A DNA stretch of 64,000 nt from NCBI RefSeq assembly GCF_009914755.1, contig NC_060928.1. One strand, written 5' to 3'. Position numbers and translations under genes: made by a program. Positions within the stretch are counted from its first letter, which is position 1. The number at the start of each line of letters is the position of its first letter. This DNA comes from the human T2T-CHM13v2.0 reference genome, Homo sapiens. The notes under the pieces were generated by a model. That model saw nothing but the letters and a program-made list of their open reading frames with translations. It was not told where the DNA came from and searched no databases. Below, one piece after another: positions 29,226 to 47,102 of the stretch.

Positions 29226-29684
29226 TTTTTTTTTTTCTAAATTAAGAAAACAAACTTTAATAAGAATTGTTTTTTGTTTTTTTTTCTTTTTTTTATTATA
29301 CTTTAAGTTTTAGGGTACATGTGTACAACGTGCAGGTTTGTTACATATGTATACATGTGCCATGTTGTTCTGCTGCACCCATTAACTCGTCATTTAACAT
29401 CAGGTATATCTCCTAATGCTATCCCTCCCCCCCTCCCCCCACCCCACAACAGGCCCTGGTGTGTGATGTTCCCCTTCCTGTGTCCATGTGTTCTCATTGT
29501 TCATTTCCCACCTATGAGTGAGAACATGTGGTGTTTGGTTTTTTGTCCTTGCGATAGTTTGCTGAGAATGATGGTTTCCAGCTTCATCCATGTCCCTACA
29601 GAGGACATGAACTCATCCTTTTTTATGGCTGCGTAGTATTCCATGGTGTATATGTGCCACATTTTCTTAATCCAGTCTATCATT
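29226..29684 (-). mobile_element. L1PA 3' end with double poly(A) tail
   Basis: Reverse L1PA 3' UTR; TSD gacaac(a/t)acagtctttc at 29209-29225 and 29685-29701. Confidence 0.9.
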
Positions 29685-30781
29685 GACAACTACAGTCTTT
29701 CAAATGGCAGAGAAGCATGAATCCAGAAAAACATGTATGTGTAAAACTTCTACAGAACACTGTTTTTCAAAATGTAGCCATAGACAACTTGCTTCAGACT
29801 ACTTAGGTTGCCTAAAAAGATATATTTATTAGTGGTATAGAAGGCCTAATGAGGGTAGGCCCCAGGATGCTGGCTTTTTTAAACAAAAAAATTCATGTTA
29901 TAAGGTTTGAAAATGCATGGACTTTCTGATTTGGAACCCAGTGATGCTAGGCCTTCTATTAGGGCTTGCTATGTCAAATAAGGCAACAGATTAGAAGAAA
30001 ACGATATGACAGTCACATTGATACCAGTAACAACAGCAGTGGTAACAGCAGAAAGCATTTTACAGTATTTACTATGTACCAGACACCATTTTGAGCACTT
30101 TACACGTATTCACTAATTTAATCCTCACAACAACCCTATAAAATAGACAAAATCTATCTTAATTTTATAATTGAGGAAACTGAGGCACAGAGAGATTAAA
30201 TACTTGTTAAAGATCACACACCGGAAAAATCACAAGGCTGGGATTTGAATCCAGGGAGTAGAGTTCCAGAGACTTAACCATGAGAAGAATTTCTTACTTC
30301 TTGCCTCTTATTAGCACTAAATTCTTACTAAGTCCTGTCTTATTTATTTACTTTGTGTGGCTCTTAACTGTTGGAAGTAAAGAACTGACAGTGGAACGAA
30401 GAGACAGCAGAACTGCCAAGTCATAATAGTCTGGTGACAGGAGGAAAACAATAGTAGCTGTTGATCACTGTTGCTGTGTTTATTATCCTTTGTGCAGACG
30501 TTAGGTGGAATCCGGTATCTCTTTAACAGGCATTGAATCAGGTGTAGGCAAAAGACCACGACTTCTTCAACAGTTTGAATAGTAGGTGCTAACTGTAAGA
30601 GTTAGCGCCTATTAACACATAAACTATGTTTTGAAGTTAGAATATTTAAATTATGCTGTAACATCTATGTTGCATTTTCTGATATCTATAAGAAAATTCT
30701 ATTATGCATTCTCTTGTATGCAATCAGGGAAAGCCCTAAATGTCCCTACATATTTTCATATGACAAAGAAACAATCATTAC

Positions 30782-30909
30782 CCCAGTATAAATCCCCATT
30801 GCCATGGTAAACCCAGCAGGTAATGGGCAAGAAGAGCAGATGTGCACGCCTCCACAATACAGGGACCCATGGACAGTCTTACACAAACGCCCTTTAACTT
30901 CTTCAGGGC
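30782..30909 (-). CDS. SLC9B2: SLC9B2 exon 6
   Basis: tttcag|GCC...CTG GG|GTAATG; ALKKLKGVC...WQWGFIL. Confidence 0.96.
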
Positions 30910-31618
30910 CTGAAATAGAAAAGTAGACATCCTAATATAATCCTCTGAAGATGTGCAGAGAAGATGACCTTGAATGCTTTCTCTTCAGTATATGGACCAC
31001 GTCTGGGTCATCATGAGTTTTCAAGGTAATGAGTTGTATTTAACAAACATTTTAGCACTCCAAGTGTTTTCAGACAGCTTATTAAGTCCTCACTGCAACC
31101 TTATAAGATAGGTAATACTATTATTATCCCCATATTTTTAGATGTCCTCATCTGAAAAGGCACAGGCTAAAGGCATTTGCCCAAGATCATGAAACTGGTG
31201 AGTGATGGGGCCAGGTTTGAACCCAGGCAGGCTGCTTTCAGCATCTGTGTTCATAATCTCTAGCTAATTTAACATTCTCATTAGTTTTATTTATAATTTG
31301 TGGTCCCAGAATGAGACTAAAGTGAAGAGCCTGATCCCCCAAGAAAATTCATTCCTGTATTCAAAAACATACATGAAAAAAAAGCATTAAAAAGGCATAC
31401 TTGACCCTCATTTTATATATTAGGCAGTTTCCTGAGCTAGTATAGTTAGCCCTGAACACTTGTATAGGGCTTTGCAAACCAAAAATATGTTGTTTTCTCC
31501 CCTGTGAGCATTATTTATAACCCTGGTCTATATGTACATCAGAGAAAAGTGGGGCCTTTATTCTTGGTGCTGGCCCCATAGACAGACTCTACCTTTCTCC
31601 AAGGAAGAGAATGAGACC

Positions 31619-31914
31619 GGCTGGGCGCAGTGGCTCATGCCTGTAATCCTAGCACTTTGGGAGGGGGAAGCAGGCAGATCACCTGAGGTCAGGAGTTTGA
31701 GACCAGCCTGGCCAACATGGCAAAACCCCGTCTCTACTAAAAATACAAAAATTAGCCGGGTGTGGTAGTGCATGTCTGTAATCCCACCTACTTGGGAGGC
31801 CTGAGGCAGGAGAATCACTTGAACCCGGGAGACAGAGGTTGCAGTGAGCTGAGATCAAGCCGCTGTACTCCAGCCTGGGTGACAGAGCGAGACTCTGTCT
31901 CAAAAAAAAAAAAA
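31619..31914 (+). repeat. Alu (S-like)
   Basis: Full dimer + A tail; TSD AAGGAAGA(G/A)AATGAGACC. Confidence 0.95.
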
Positions 31915-32128
31915 AAGGAAGAAAATGAGACCACCTTTTGAGTTATTGCAAACCACAACAAGGTCTCACTTGCAAAACAATCCTCCATGAAATAAATTCT
32001 ATTTTATTCTCAAGAATGTCATGCAAAGTGTCCACATCCATTTCCTAATGCTTAGTGATTCTGTTAGATACCTGAAGCATTGAAGAAACAAGATTCCTAT
32101 TTAATAATGAGAAATTTACATTTCATAC

Positions 32129-32271
32129 CTTTGAATCCAGACCAAGGCCAGCACGAACCAGAATGATAGACAGGGCTATGCTTCTCAAAGAGGAAGACCA
32201 CTTGTGCTTGATCTGCACATTATCGTTGATGACTGGGATATTTCTGATGAGAAACCCTGCAAGCAGCATGC
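32129..32271 (-). CDS. SLC9B2: SLC9B2 exon 5
   Basis: ttcaag|GC ATG...AAG|GTATGA; GMLLAGFLIRN...GLGLDSK. Confidence 0.96.
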
Positions 32272-33980
32272 CTTGAACGAAGAAATCAAACATATCTAGT
32301 TAGTTTTCAAATACAGAAAATATTTTTAGTACTTTAATTTTATACAGACTACTATATAATCCCAGGAACCACTTCACTTATGCTTAGAAGAAATTAAGTT
32401 AAACTTTTAAGTAAAAATTAGTATAATAAAGCAGCTAAGAAAATAATGTACAGATAAAAAGATAGATTATAATAATTAATATTCCCAAAATAACTGAACT
32501 TAAAAGGGAGACAAGATGCAGCATTTGGATAGAGAGTATGATCAAATTCTAAATATAAAATGTTTTAATACAATGCCAGCTCAGTCAGCCCTTTGCGTGC
32601 AAACAGCAAACAGCGCATGAAATTATTTGCTATGTCAGATTACTTGAAATATCAATAAATACTTATATGGATTCTATTTTACCTTCAGATTAGATAATTT
32701 CATAAGAGACAGATAATCTACTTTGCAAAGGTTTTAGATGTCAATTATGATGAAATGGACATTGCCCTGTCATGTCAGCTGGTGACTCTTCTTTCACTCA
32801 GTCATTCAACTGTACTGAATGCCTTCAGTAGTTTAGACACTAGAGTATGTATCACACATATAATAATGGATTACATTTCAACAAGCTTTCAGCCTCTAGG
32901 GAACAAGACAAACGGACAATACCAATTTTATGAAGGCATGAGGGGGATGTTACATGAGCTGAGGCAGGAAGGGGGATTTAGAGAAGGGGGAAGAGGATGA
33001 AGAAACGGCTAGGGGAGTTGAGAAGTTTCTGGAAAAGACAGTAGTTTATTCAAAGGTAAAAGAAAAAGTGACTCATTCTGAAAACTGCAAGTAGTTGAGT
33101 GTAACTGAGGAAGCTGAGTAGTTAGTGAGGGAATTCTGCCTTCATTGATACCACATGCCCACACAAAGGGAAAGGTTTCTGTGAGAGACTGAGCCTCTTC
33201 CCTCCATGCTTCTCCAGCAGTGCCCTCTTCTCACCTTGTCCCTATAAGCACCACACTTCAAACAACTAAATAAATTTACTGAAGTTAGGTTATTTTGTGA
33301 TGCAAGATGGGAGAAGAGAGACAACCTGCTGCACATGAAAGCATCACTCCAGGTATCTCTCATCACTGCCATTTATCTACGGGAAAGTCTCGTAAGTTCT
33401 GAATGCTGTGGCAGTGGTCTTTCTGGAATGTTTATTGGGCAACAATATGAACAGGCTTGGTTTTTGGAAGAAATAATGATGAGTTATATATGCACATGGT
33501 AAAATTAAGACATTGCTGACAAAATGTAAAGTGACAAGTACATACTGTACCCCAACTGCAACCTTCCATCTTCATTCCTGAATGTATTTCACTGTTAAGG
33601 GTCTTCTGTGCCCTTCCAGAAAGTTTCTGTACCTATTCAAGTATATTTCTGTGTGTATAAGCTCTTTTGTGCTGGACACAAATAGGACACTTATACACTG
33701 CTGTACGGCTTGGGTTTTTTTCCCATTTAATAATATATCCTGGACATTTTCCCACTGAAGCACATATATATTTGCTTTATTCTCTTTTAATAACTGGAAT
33801 AGTATCTCACTGTTTGGAAGTTCCATAATTTTTGGACCACTAATAATAGATTTTAAGAAACTTTTCAGGTTTTTCATTATAAACAGTGCTGAAATGAGCA
33901 CAATTCATACATCAAGTATTTAAGTGCCTGCTACATGCTAGCCCTGTATGAGATCCTAGTAACAAAGAGGTGAGCTAGAC

Positions 33981-34265
33981 CAGCAGTCCACAGCCTTTTT
34001 GGCACCAGGGACCGGTGTCGTGGAAGACGATTTTTCCACTGATGGCAGGGGGAATGGTTTCAGGATGAAGCTTTCCACCTCAGATCATCAGGCATTAATT
34101 AGATTCTCATAAGGAGCACACAACCTAGATTCCTTGAATGTGCAGTTCACAATAGAACTCATGCTCCTATGAGAATCTAATGTCACTGCTGATCTGACAA
34201 GAGGCAGAGCTCAGGCAGTAATGCTCGCTCACCTCCTGCCACGGCCCGGGGCTTGGGCACCCATG
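33981..34265 (-). mobile_element. MER1B-like hAT-Charlie element
   Basis: Reverse-oriented MER1 sequence with 8-bp TSD AGCTAGAC (33973-33980, 34266-34273). Confidence 0.85.
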
Positions 34266-35584
34266 AGCTAGACTAATGTGGTCCTTGTCCATATGGAGCT
34301 TATATATTTGTAGGTTTACATTAACTATATTCATATTATAATTTCAAGCAGTGGAAATGTTAGGCCCTATGGTATAGGTATATGTCATTTTTATATATAT
34401 TGATAGCTTAACAGCCAAAAATACTGCACTAATGCTTACATTCCATTATCATTACAATAGCTCTTTAATGAAATTTAAAATGTGTTTCTAAGCCACTCCT
34501 AAATTAACAATGGCATTCAATGACCTGAAATCAAATGGAATATCCTAAGAAGAACTCAAAACTATGTTAAGAGGTTTTTTTGTTTTGGGGGATATGAGGG
34601 GACGTTTTTTTTTTTTTTTTGAGACAGGGTCTTGATATGTTGCCCAGGTTGGTCTCAAACTCCTGGGCTCAAGCGATTCACCCACCTTAGACTCCCAAGG
34701 TGGTGGGATTACAGGTATGAGCCACTGCTCTCTCTTGGCCTGAGAGAGCATTTTTCATTCCTGAAATGAACGTGACAGCAGCTTCCCTGGGACACTGTTT
34801 CCTTTGCTAGTGGTCTGGTTGATGTAATGTGACCACCTGATTTTGATTTGGCACATGTCCCCACTCTTGCCTCTAGGGCCTCCCCTGGTCATGGAGGAAA
34901 GAACATCTTCCTGGATAGAGGAGTGTTGTTCTCTTAAAATTTTGTATTATGAAAATTATCAACACATGGCTAATCTCATTTCATCCACTCCCAAGTTTTT
35001 TTTTTATTATTTGTGTTATGGAAATTTTTTCAATAATGATTTTTCTTCTCTTCCAAAGGGAAGCCGTTTTCAAATTCATTTCAGGAATCAAAAATGCTCA
35101 CTCATACTCCGACCCTGGCAATCACTTCAATTAAACTCTTAAAAATATAGAACAGGCAACCATCACATACATTTTGTCTTAATAAGTTTCCTTTATGGAT
35201 TCAGATAATGCTTCAGTTTTGGATACTGGCCTTAATGTAATAAGAACCAGTAAACTTTCTTCCTCTATGCAAGTATACAACTATAAAAAAGAATGGTAAA
35301 ATACATATATAATTTTTGAGAATGATTTCAGTTACCTTAGGAGATTTCATTTTATCACAAATCCCAAGACTTTACATCTTTTTGCAACATGGTATATTTT
35401 GTTTTTGCAATAGGCATGGAGTGAAAAAAAGACAAATGGGGTGTAATGGGCATTTTCATGTGTCTAGAACAACAGTCTTCAACATAGGTTGCATATTAGA
35501 ATCATCTGGAGAGCTTTTTAAAACTTCTGATGTCCAGGCCATATTCCATTTCAATTAATTCAGAATCTCTGGGGTAAGACCTAG

Positions 35585-36188
<604 letters not shown>

Positions 36189-36371
36189 CCAATGAGAGAT
36201 TCTTATGTGCAGCCAAGTTCTAGAATGAATGATCTTGCTACATAAAATGCGATCTTAGAGCTTAGAAATGCAGAATCTCAGGCCATGAAGACCTACTTAA
36301 TTAGAATTTGTATTTTAACAAATTCCAAGGTCATCCTCTTTACAATGAATTTTGAGAGTCACTAATTTTGA

Positions 36372-36570
36372 TGCAAGGGTCAGCAAAAATGTTCTGTAAA
36401 GGGCCAATGAATATCTTAGGCTTTGTGGGCTATAAAGTCTCTGTTACAACTTCACAACTCTGCCAGTATAATGTGAAGGACATAGACAATATGTAAATGA
36501 ATAAACGTGGGTGGGTTCCAATTAATATTAATTTATAAAGAGAATTAGTCTGCCCACCCTTTATCCTAGC
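36372..36570 (+). mobile_element. MER58A-like hAT-Charlie MITE
   Basis: CAAGGGTCAGCAAA...TCTGTAAAGGGCCA...TTTGTGGGC motifs. Confidence 0.65.
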
Positions 36571-36601
36571 ATATAGGCATATTTAAAAACAATTCATTTT
36601 A

Positions 36602-37288
36602 GGCGATCATTAAAAAGTCAGGAAACAACAAGTGCTGGAGAGGATGTGGAGAAATAGGAACACTTTTACACTGTTGGTGGGACTGCAAACTAGTTCAACC
36701 ATTGTGGAAGTCAGTGTGGTGATTCCTCAGGGATCTAGAACTAGAAATACCATTTGACCCAGCCATCCCATTACTGGGTATATACCCAAAGGATTATAAA
36801 TCATGCTGCTATAAAGACACATGTACATGTATGTTTATTGTGGCACTATTCACAATAGCAAAGACTTGGAACCAAGCCAAATGTCCAACAATGATAGACT
36901 GGATTAAGGAAATGTGGCACATATACACCATGGAATACTATGCAGCCATAAAAAATGATGAGTTCGTGTCCTTTACAGGGACATGGATGAAGCTGGAAAC
37001 CATCGTTCTCAGCAAACTATTGCAAGGACAAAAAAACCAAACACTGCATGTTCTCACTCATAGGTGGGAATTGAACAGTGAGAACACATGGACACAGGAA
37101 GGGGAATATCACACACCGGGGCCTGTTGTGGGGTGGGGGGAGGGAGGAGGGATAGCATTAGGAGATATACCTAATGTAAATGATGAGTTAATGGGTGCAG
37201 CACACCAACAAGGCACATGTATACATATGTAACTAACCTGCACGTTGTGCACATGTACCCTAAAACTTAAAGTATAATTTAAAAAAAA
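36602..37288 (+). mobile_element. L1PA 3' end
   Basis: ORF2 C-terminal remnant + 3' UTR; TSD AAACAATTCATTTTA. Confidence 0.92.
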
Positions 37289-37648
37289 GAAACAATTCAT
37301 TTTAACAATAATACAATTAATAACTTTAGAGAACAAAAAGTTTCCATGAGAAATAATATGAATTAAGTGGACTATCTTTAGTTTTACCTAAAATTAGAAA
37401 TACATTGAGAAATGGGGCATAGTAAGAGATAAATAATTCTACTTCTTTTTATATTTAACTTTAACTACTGACCACAAGTTCAAAAGCAGATAATTTTGGT
37501 GAATGTTAGCGAATCCTGATTGTTCTCACTCATACAGCTAACAGAAAAAAAAAAACTGTTCAGGAAATGTGTGTAAATATATATGCATGTATGAAAGGTA
37601 GGTGGTTTTTTACTAAAACTGAGTGATTAATAAATCTGTTAGAAATGA

Positions 37649-39585
<1,937 letters not shown>

Positions 39586-39688
39586 CAAATACAGAAATAT
39601 TTTATTCCTTTATTTCCCAAAGCTTTCCAAACTATTATCTTAAAAATATAGTTTACTCTGGATAGAACAGGAAACATTTAGCACTTAC

Positions 39689-39859
39689 CAAGAAGAGAAG
39701 GCAGTGGAGGCAATGTAGGTAACTTAATAAGCCCCAAAAGTTTACCACCAATGATGGCACAATAGAATAGGATTATAATTCCAAATAGGTTTCCTCCAGG
39801 AAGACATTCACTGCCAGTAATTGACCAAACTACAGCCCACAGAAGAACAATGATGGTAA
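39689..39859 (-). CDS. SLC9B2: SLC9B2 exon 4 (171 nt, phase 1-1)
   Basis: tttcag|TT...CTT G|GTAAGT; (V)TIIVLLWAVVWS...PPLPSLL. Confidence 0.96.
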
Positions 39860-40289
39860 CTGAAATAAACCAGGAATACTAGTTACTATCAATAAGTTGT
39901 CACATGGAGGTTTTGACAAAATCTAAAATAATTTGTAAAAATAAATACTGAATGAAAATGCAAATATTTATAATCATGTTTAATCTGTAAAGAGTATCAG
40001 TAAGATGACCAACTGGGTAACTGCCAACATCTTAAGAAATCGGATATTACCAGTACTTTTGAATCTGCCTATGTGCCCCTCCCCATCCATCTCCCTTTAT
40101 ACTGCCAGAAGGAACCATTATTTTGACTTTCTTCACCATTCACTTTTTTCTTTATAATTTTAACACAAATTTAGTTCTGTCTTGAATTAGACATTATTGT
40201 TACTTTTTTTATAGTCAATATTTGTTTAGAATTACCTACTAAGGTACCTTTTTTGAAATCATCATTCATTATGGCATCTCAAACTTTTC

Positions 40290-40961
<672 letters not shown>

Positions 40962-43000
40962 GTGAAATGTTTCCATTTGAAAACTTGTGTTTTACAAAAC
41001 TGTGCACTAAAAATTGAAAAGTTTATGGGAAAAAGAGAGTTGGGGCAGACCACTCAAAACTGGTGGCCAAAGCACTAAGAAAAACCAAAACAATCCTAAT
41101 AAGAGTCTTAGCACAGATGAATCTACACACTGACATTTGTGTCCCATACAGGCAGTCTGTTCTTTACAGACTTAAACCTGGCCTCCCATTTCCTACTTCA
41201 AGATGGAAATTCTTGAGGGTATTTTCTTTAAACAGAGAGCAGTTCCATCAAAATCTGATCCATATTTTAGCCCTCTGCCTCAATACAATAAATTTCAACA
41301 AAAGGAAAAGCGTTGGCAGCTTCTTTACCTCAGCTTATACTCTCAGCCGCTTCATCCACATGTGTTTTATTAGATAGCTTAATGTTGTAGAATGTTTGAG
41401 TCCTTGAAGCCCCTAAACCAGCTACTAATTGCATGAAAAGTCAGCACTTCCACAGAGATTTCGTCCTTTAAAAGGTCCTCATGCAGGGAAGGCTTTATCT
41501 TTAATTGTAAGAAAGCATATATTTGGTCTTTTCTTCCCCAGTTCACTTTGCCTTCACTTGCTATTGCTTGACGATACAAAATATTATGGGCCAGGAAAAA
41601 TTATACACAAAACTGCAAATTCCATACACTCTAACAAAATTCTATTTACCATTGCATATGAGCTAATTCATGACATAGAAACACTCTGTATCACAGCATG
41701 TTGTATTTCTCAGGAGAATCTGTTACAGTAAATTCTTAGTTGTATCATCTGGAATTATCTTTATTCTCATTCTTAAAAGATAGTTTTTCTAGGTATACCT
41801 CAGTTTTATGTTAAATTCTAGGTTGAGTGTTATTGTTTCTCCATTCCTTGAAAATACTATTCCTTGGTTTTCTGGTTTTGAAGAGCCTGATTTCAGCTTT
41901 TTAAAGGAATTCTTTTTCCTTGTTTTCAACATCTTCTCTTTTTCTTTGGTTTTCCTTTCAGTATGATGTGTTTAGGTGTGACTTCCTTTTGTTTTGCTTA
42001 AGATTTATGTTTTTTAAAAAAAATCAGTTCTGGAAAATTCTTAGCCTTTATTTCTTCAAAGATTTCCTCTTCCCCATTCTCTTTTTCCATGTTGCTAACC
42101 CTAGTTTTCGTATCTTTCATCTTTGTGTGTACTGCATTCTAGATAATCTCTTCACATTTATTTGCCAGTTCACCATTTTTTTCACTTAATCTGCTGCCTA
42201 ATTTGTCCAGTGAGTTTTTAATTTCAATTACTATCCTATATCTTTCATTTCTAGAAGTTCAAGTTGGTTCTTCTTCAAATCTATTCATTTTTAAAAGTTA
42301 CTTGTTTTGTACTCATGTTTTCTAATTCTTAACTTCTTTATATATATAAATGTCTTATATTCTGTTTTCTGATAATGTACATTTTTGAAATCTGTTTTTT
42401 TGTTTCCTTTTGCATGTTTTTTTTGTTTGTTTTTTTTTTTTTTTTAGTTTTTTTGCAATAGTGAGCTCTCCCTTGGAACTTTGTCTAGTTTGTTTTTTGC
42501 AATAGTGAGCTCTCCCTTGGAACTTTGTCTAAAACTAAACTTTTTAGTTTGTCTTTTGCAACAGTGAGCTCTCCCTTGGAACTTTGTCTAACTTTGTTGA
42601 AGCCTTAGGTTGAATGAGTTTTCCCAGATGGGAATGAATTTACTTCTACCATGTACTTAAAAGCTTCCCATCCAAGACCATCTGAAAATGTTTTTTGAAA
42701 ATAGATACATTTTCAAATTGAATTTTTTCTGTGAAATTGGAGACAAATCAGGATGAAGTTAAACATTTTTATTGGCGACTCCACACCTGCCCCAGCCAGC
42801 AACTACAGTTGAGACAGGTTTAGTCAGAGGCCCCATCTGCAGAACAGATTTACCTCAAATTTGGCATCACACTGGGTTTCAACTTTATATGGGTGAAGGA
42901 GAATGCTTTTTCCTGTTAGACTTCTCCCAACCTGGGCAGGCTCTAGCTTAGCCTCCTGTGCTCACAGCGCTCTCAAAATCAATCTCAAATTCCCTGAGGT

Positions 43001-43563
43001 GGATCTAGAACTAGAAATACCATTTGACCCAGCCATCCCATTACTGGTATATACCCAAAAGATTATAAAACATGCTGCTATAAAGACACATGCACACGTA
43101 CGTTTATTGAGGCACTATTCACAATAGCAAAGACTTGGAACCAAGCCAAATGTCCAACAATGATAGACTGGATTAAGAAAATGTGGCACATACACACCAT
43201 GGAATACTATGCAGTCATAAAAAATGATGAGTTCATGTCCTTTGTAGGGACGTGGATGAAGCTGGAAACCATCATTCTCAGCAAACTATTGCAAGGACAA
43301 AAAACCAAACACCGCATATTCTCACTCATAGGTGGGAATTGAACAATGAGAACACATGGACACAGGAAGGGGAATATCACACACCGGGGCCTGTTGTGGG
43401 GTGGGGGTAGGAGGGAGGGATAGCAATAGGAGATATACCTAATGTTAAATGACGAGTTAATGGGTGCTGCACACCAACATGGCACATGTATACATATGTA
43501 TCAAACCTGGACGTCGTGCACATGTACCCTAAAACTTAAAGTATAATAATAATTAAAAAAAAA
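43001..43563 (+). mobile_element. L1PA 3' end
   Basis: ORF2 C-terminal remnant + 3' UTR; TSD TTCCCTGAGGT. Confidence 0.92.
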
Positions 43564-44026
43564 GTTCCCTGAGGTTTGGTAGAAACCTCCAGGGTGGGGC
43601 CACCTTGAGTGCTTACTGACCTCTGCTACTTACACTTTGGTTTTGGTGTCTGATGATTCCCTGTTTTCTTGACAGATCATTTCAAAAGACTTAAAACATT
43701 TTTTCAGATGATGTCCTTGGTTTGTGACAAGATTGTTCATTGAGTCTCATCTACCATACTGCTAGAGACTGAATTCAATGTCCCTTTTTCTAAACCCTCA
43801 CAGAATTGTTCCAGATTTTCTAGGCTTATGATACTACTGCAGTGGAATACCTAAGGGACTTCCAGTATTTTCCAATTAGCTACAAGGGTTGAAATTTCTA
43901 TGCGATATCAGAGGTAGAATGGGAAAGCAGGATTTGCCAGCTATTATACTAAATTATACTTTATCATAGCATAAACCCAAGCTAATATTAAATTCAGCAA
44001 GGTAGAATTAAGTGTTTTCTCTTTTC

Positions 44027-44797
<771 letters not shown>

Positions 44798-45444
44798 TAC
44801 TTTTTAAGAAGAATACTGATATATACTGCATAGGCACAGGAAAAAATATAGGACAAAAGTCGTCTTGTAAACCTCTGGAACAGAAGAACAGAAAAATAAG
44901 CGATGAGATGTTTATCTACCATGAACCTCATTTTTCAGGCTGCTTTATGAACGATTATACATTTTTAAAAAATGTGTCCCAAAATTACATTATTCATTTT
45001 TACTCTTTCCTTATGTCAGTCCATATCTGTTTCATTGTAAACGTTTTAACTATAAGTAGGCCATATTTTGAATAATAAAAGTTTAAAAAAATAATGAAAA
45101 GAACAGAAAAGGTATTCAATTATCTGTGATCTTATCAGCTAGTGTATATTTTTGGATTCTGGTTTTCTGTACATGTTCTAAGTTTGAGATTTTCTTCCAT
45201 GCTTAGTTAAGTAAACTGACTTGGTTTCATTAAAAACACATCTAGAGCCTAAAGTATAGTATATTATGCTTATCTTTCATTGTCCCAGATGATAATGGTA
45301 AACATGTCTTTCAGAGCCCACAAAGTATAACTATGGAATTGAGTCTCATTTTTCAGTAAACATATGTGGGCATCCATATATTTACTTCAATGATGCTATT
45401 ATTCTTGAACACAATTTTTGAAATTGCCTTTAAATTTTCTTTAA

Positions 45445-46680
45445 AAGGCAAATTTAGTAAGACATAAAATTATGAAACTATTAGAAAAAAAACATAAATA
45501 AAAAGCTCCATGACACTGGTCTGAGCAATAACTTTTTGGATATGACTCCAAAAATATAGGCAACAAAAGCAAGAACAGACAAACCAGATTACACCAAACT
45601 AAAAAGCTTTTGCACAGTAAACAATCCACGGAGTGAAGAGACAACCTACAGAATGGGAGAGAGCAGTTGCAAACTATGTACCTGGCAAGGAGTTAATGTC
45701 CAGAATATAAAAGGAACTCAAAAAACTCAATAGCAGGAAAACAAATAATCCAATTTAAAATGGGCAAAGACCTGAATTTTTCAAAAGAAGACATACAAAT
45801 GGCCAAACAGGTATAGGAAAAAATGTTCAACATTTCACCTCATGCCTGTCAGGATGGCTATTATCAAAAAGACAAAAGATAACAAGGGGTTGGCAAGGAT
45901 GTAGAGAAAAGGTAACTCTGTGCACTATTGGTGGGAATGTAAATTAATACCACTATTATGGAAAATGGTATGGAGAGTCCTCAAAAAAGTAAAAATGGTA
46001 CTACCATATGATCCTGCAATCCCATTACTGGGTATGTATCCAAAGGAAATGAAATCGGTATGTTGAAGAGATTTCTGCACTCCCATGTTTATTGCAGTAC
46101 TATTCACAATAGCCAAGATATGGAATCAACCCTAAGTGTCCAACAATGAATGACTGGATGAAGAAAATATGTGTATATACACAATGATATGCTTTTCAGC
46201 CATAAAAAAGAATGAAATCCTGTCATTTGCAACAACATGGATGAACCTGGAGGACATTATGCTAAGTGAAGTAAGCCAGGCACAGAGAGACAAATACTGC
46301 ATGTTCTCACTCATATGTAGAATCTAAAACAGTTGTTCATATGGAAATAGTAAATAGAATGGTGATTACCAGGGACTGGGGAGGGGAGGAGCTTGGGGTT
46401 ATGGGGAGAGAGTGGTCAACAGGTACAAAGTGATAATTAGATAGGAAGAGTAGTTTGTTCTGTACCACAGCAACGTGACTATAGTCAGGAATAAGGTATT
46501 GTATACCTCAAAACAGAAGATTTTCTATGTTCTCACCATGAAGAAACGATAAATGCTTCATGTGTTAGATATGCTAATTAGCTAGATTTGATCATTATAT
46601 AATATATACATGTATTGAAACATCATATTGTACCCCACAAATATGTACAAATATGTGTCAAAAATAAAAATAAATAAATA
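45445..46680 (+). mobile_element. Older L1M(A/B) 3' fragment (another L1M 3' end near 47100-47420)
   Basis: Degenerate ORF2 end and L1MA-type 3' UTR ending in an A-rich tail. Confidence 0.8.
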
Positions 46681-47059
46681 ATGCTGATGAATGGATGTTT
46701 ATGTTTTTGAACAATTCTTTTTATATTTTGATGTTAAAATTATCTTTATCTTTTGAAAATATGATTTATAAAAGTGAAAAATTGTGGATAGATTCCAGGC
46801 ATTTAAAAGTTGGCCGGTTAAAACTAGTTTTGCCAGATGCAGTGGTATACATCTGTAACAAGCTACTTGGGAAGCTGAGGTGGGAGGATCCCTTGAGCTT
46901 AGGAGTTCAAGACAAACCTGGGCAACATAACAAGATCCTGTCTCCAGGAAAAAAAAGGTTGGGTGGGGGAGGTGAAAGTGGCAGGAAGACCATGACCAAT
47001 GCCTTGACATGTAATTTTCTCTAGACTTTAAATCTGAAGATCCATGAAAAAAAAAATGT

Positions 47060-47063
47060 ACAC

Positions 47064-47099
<36 letters not shown>
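47060..47099. repeat. (CA)n microsatellite
   Basis: Directly visible. Confidence 0.95.
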
Positions 47100-47102
<3 letters not shown>

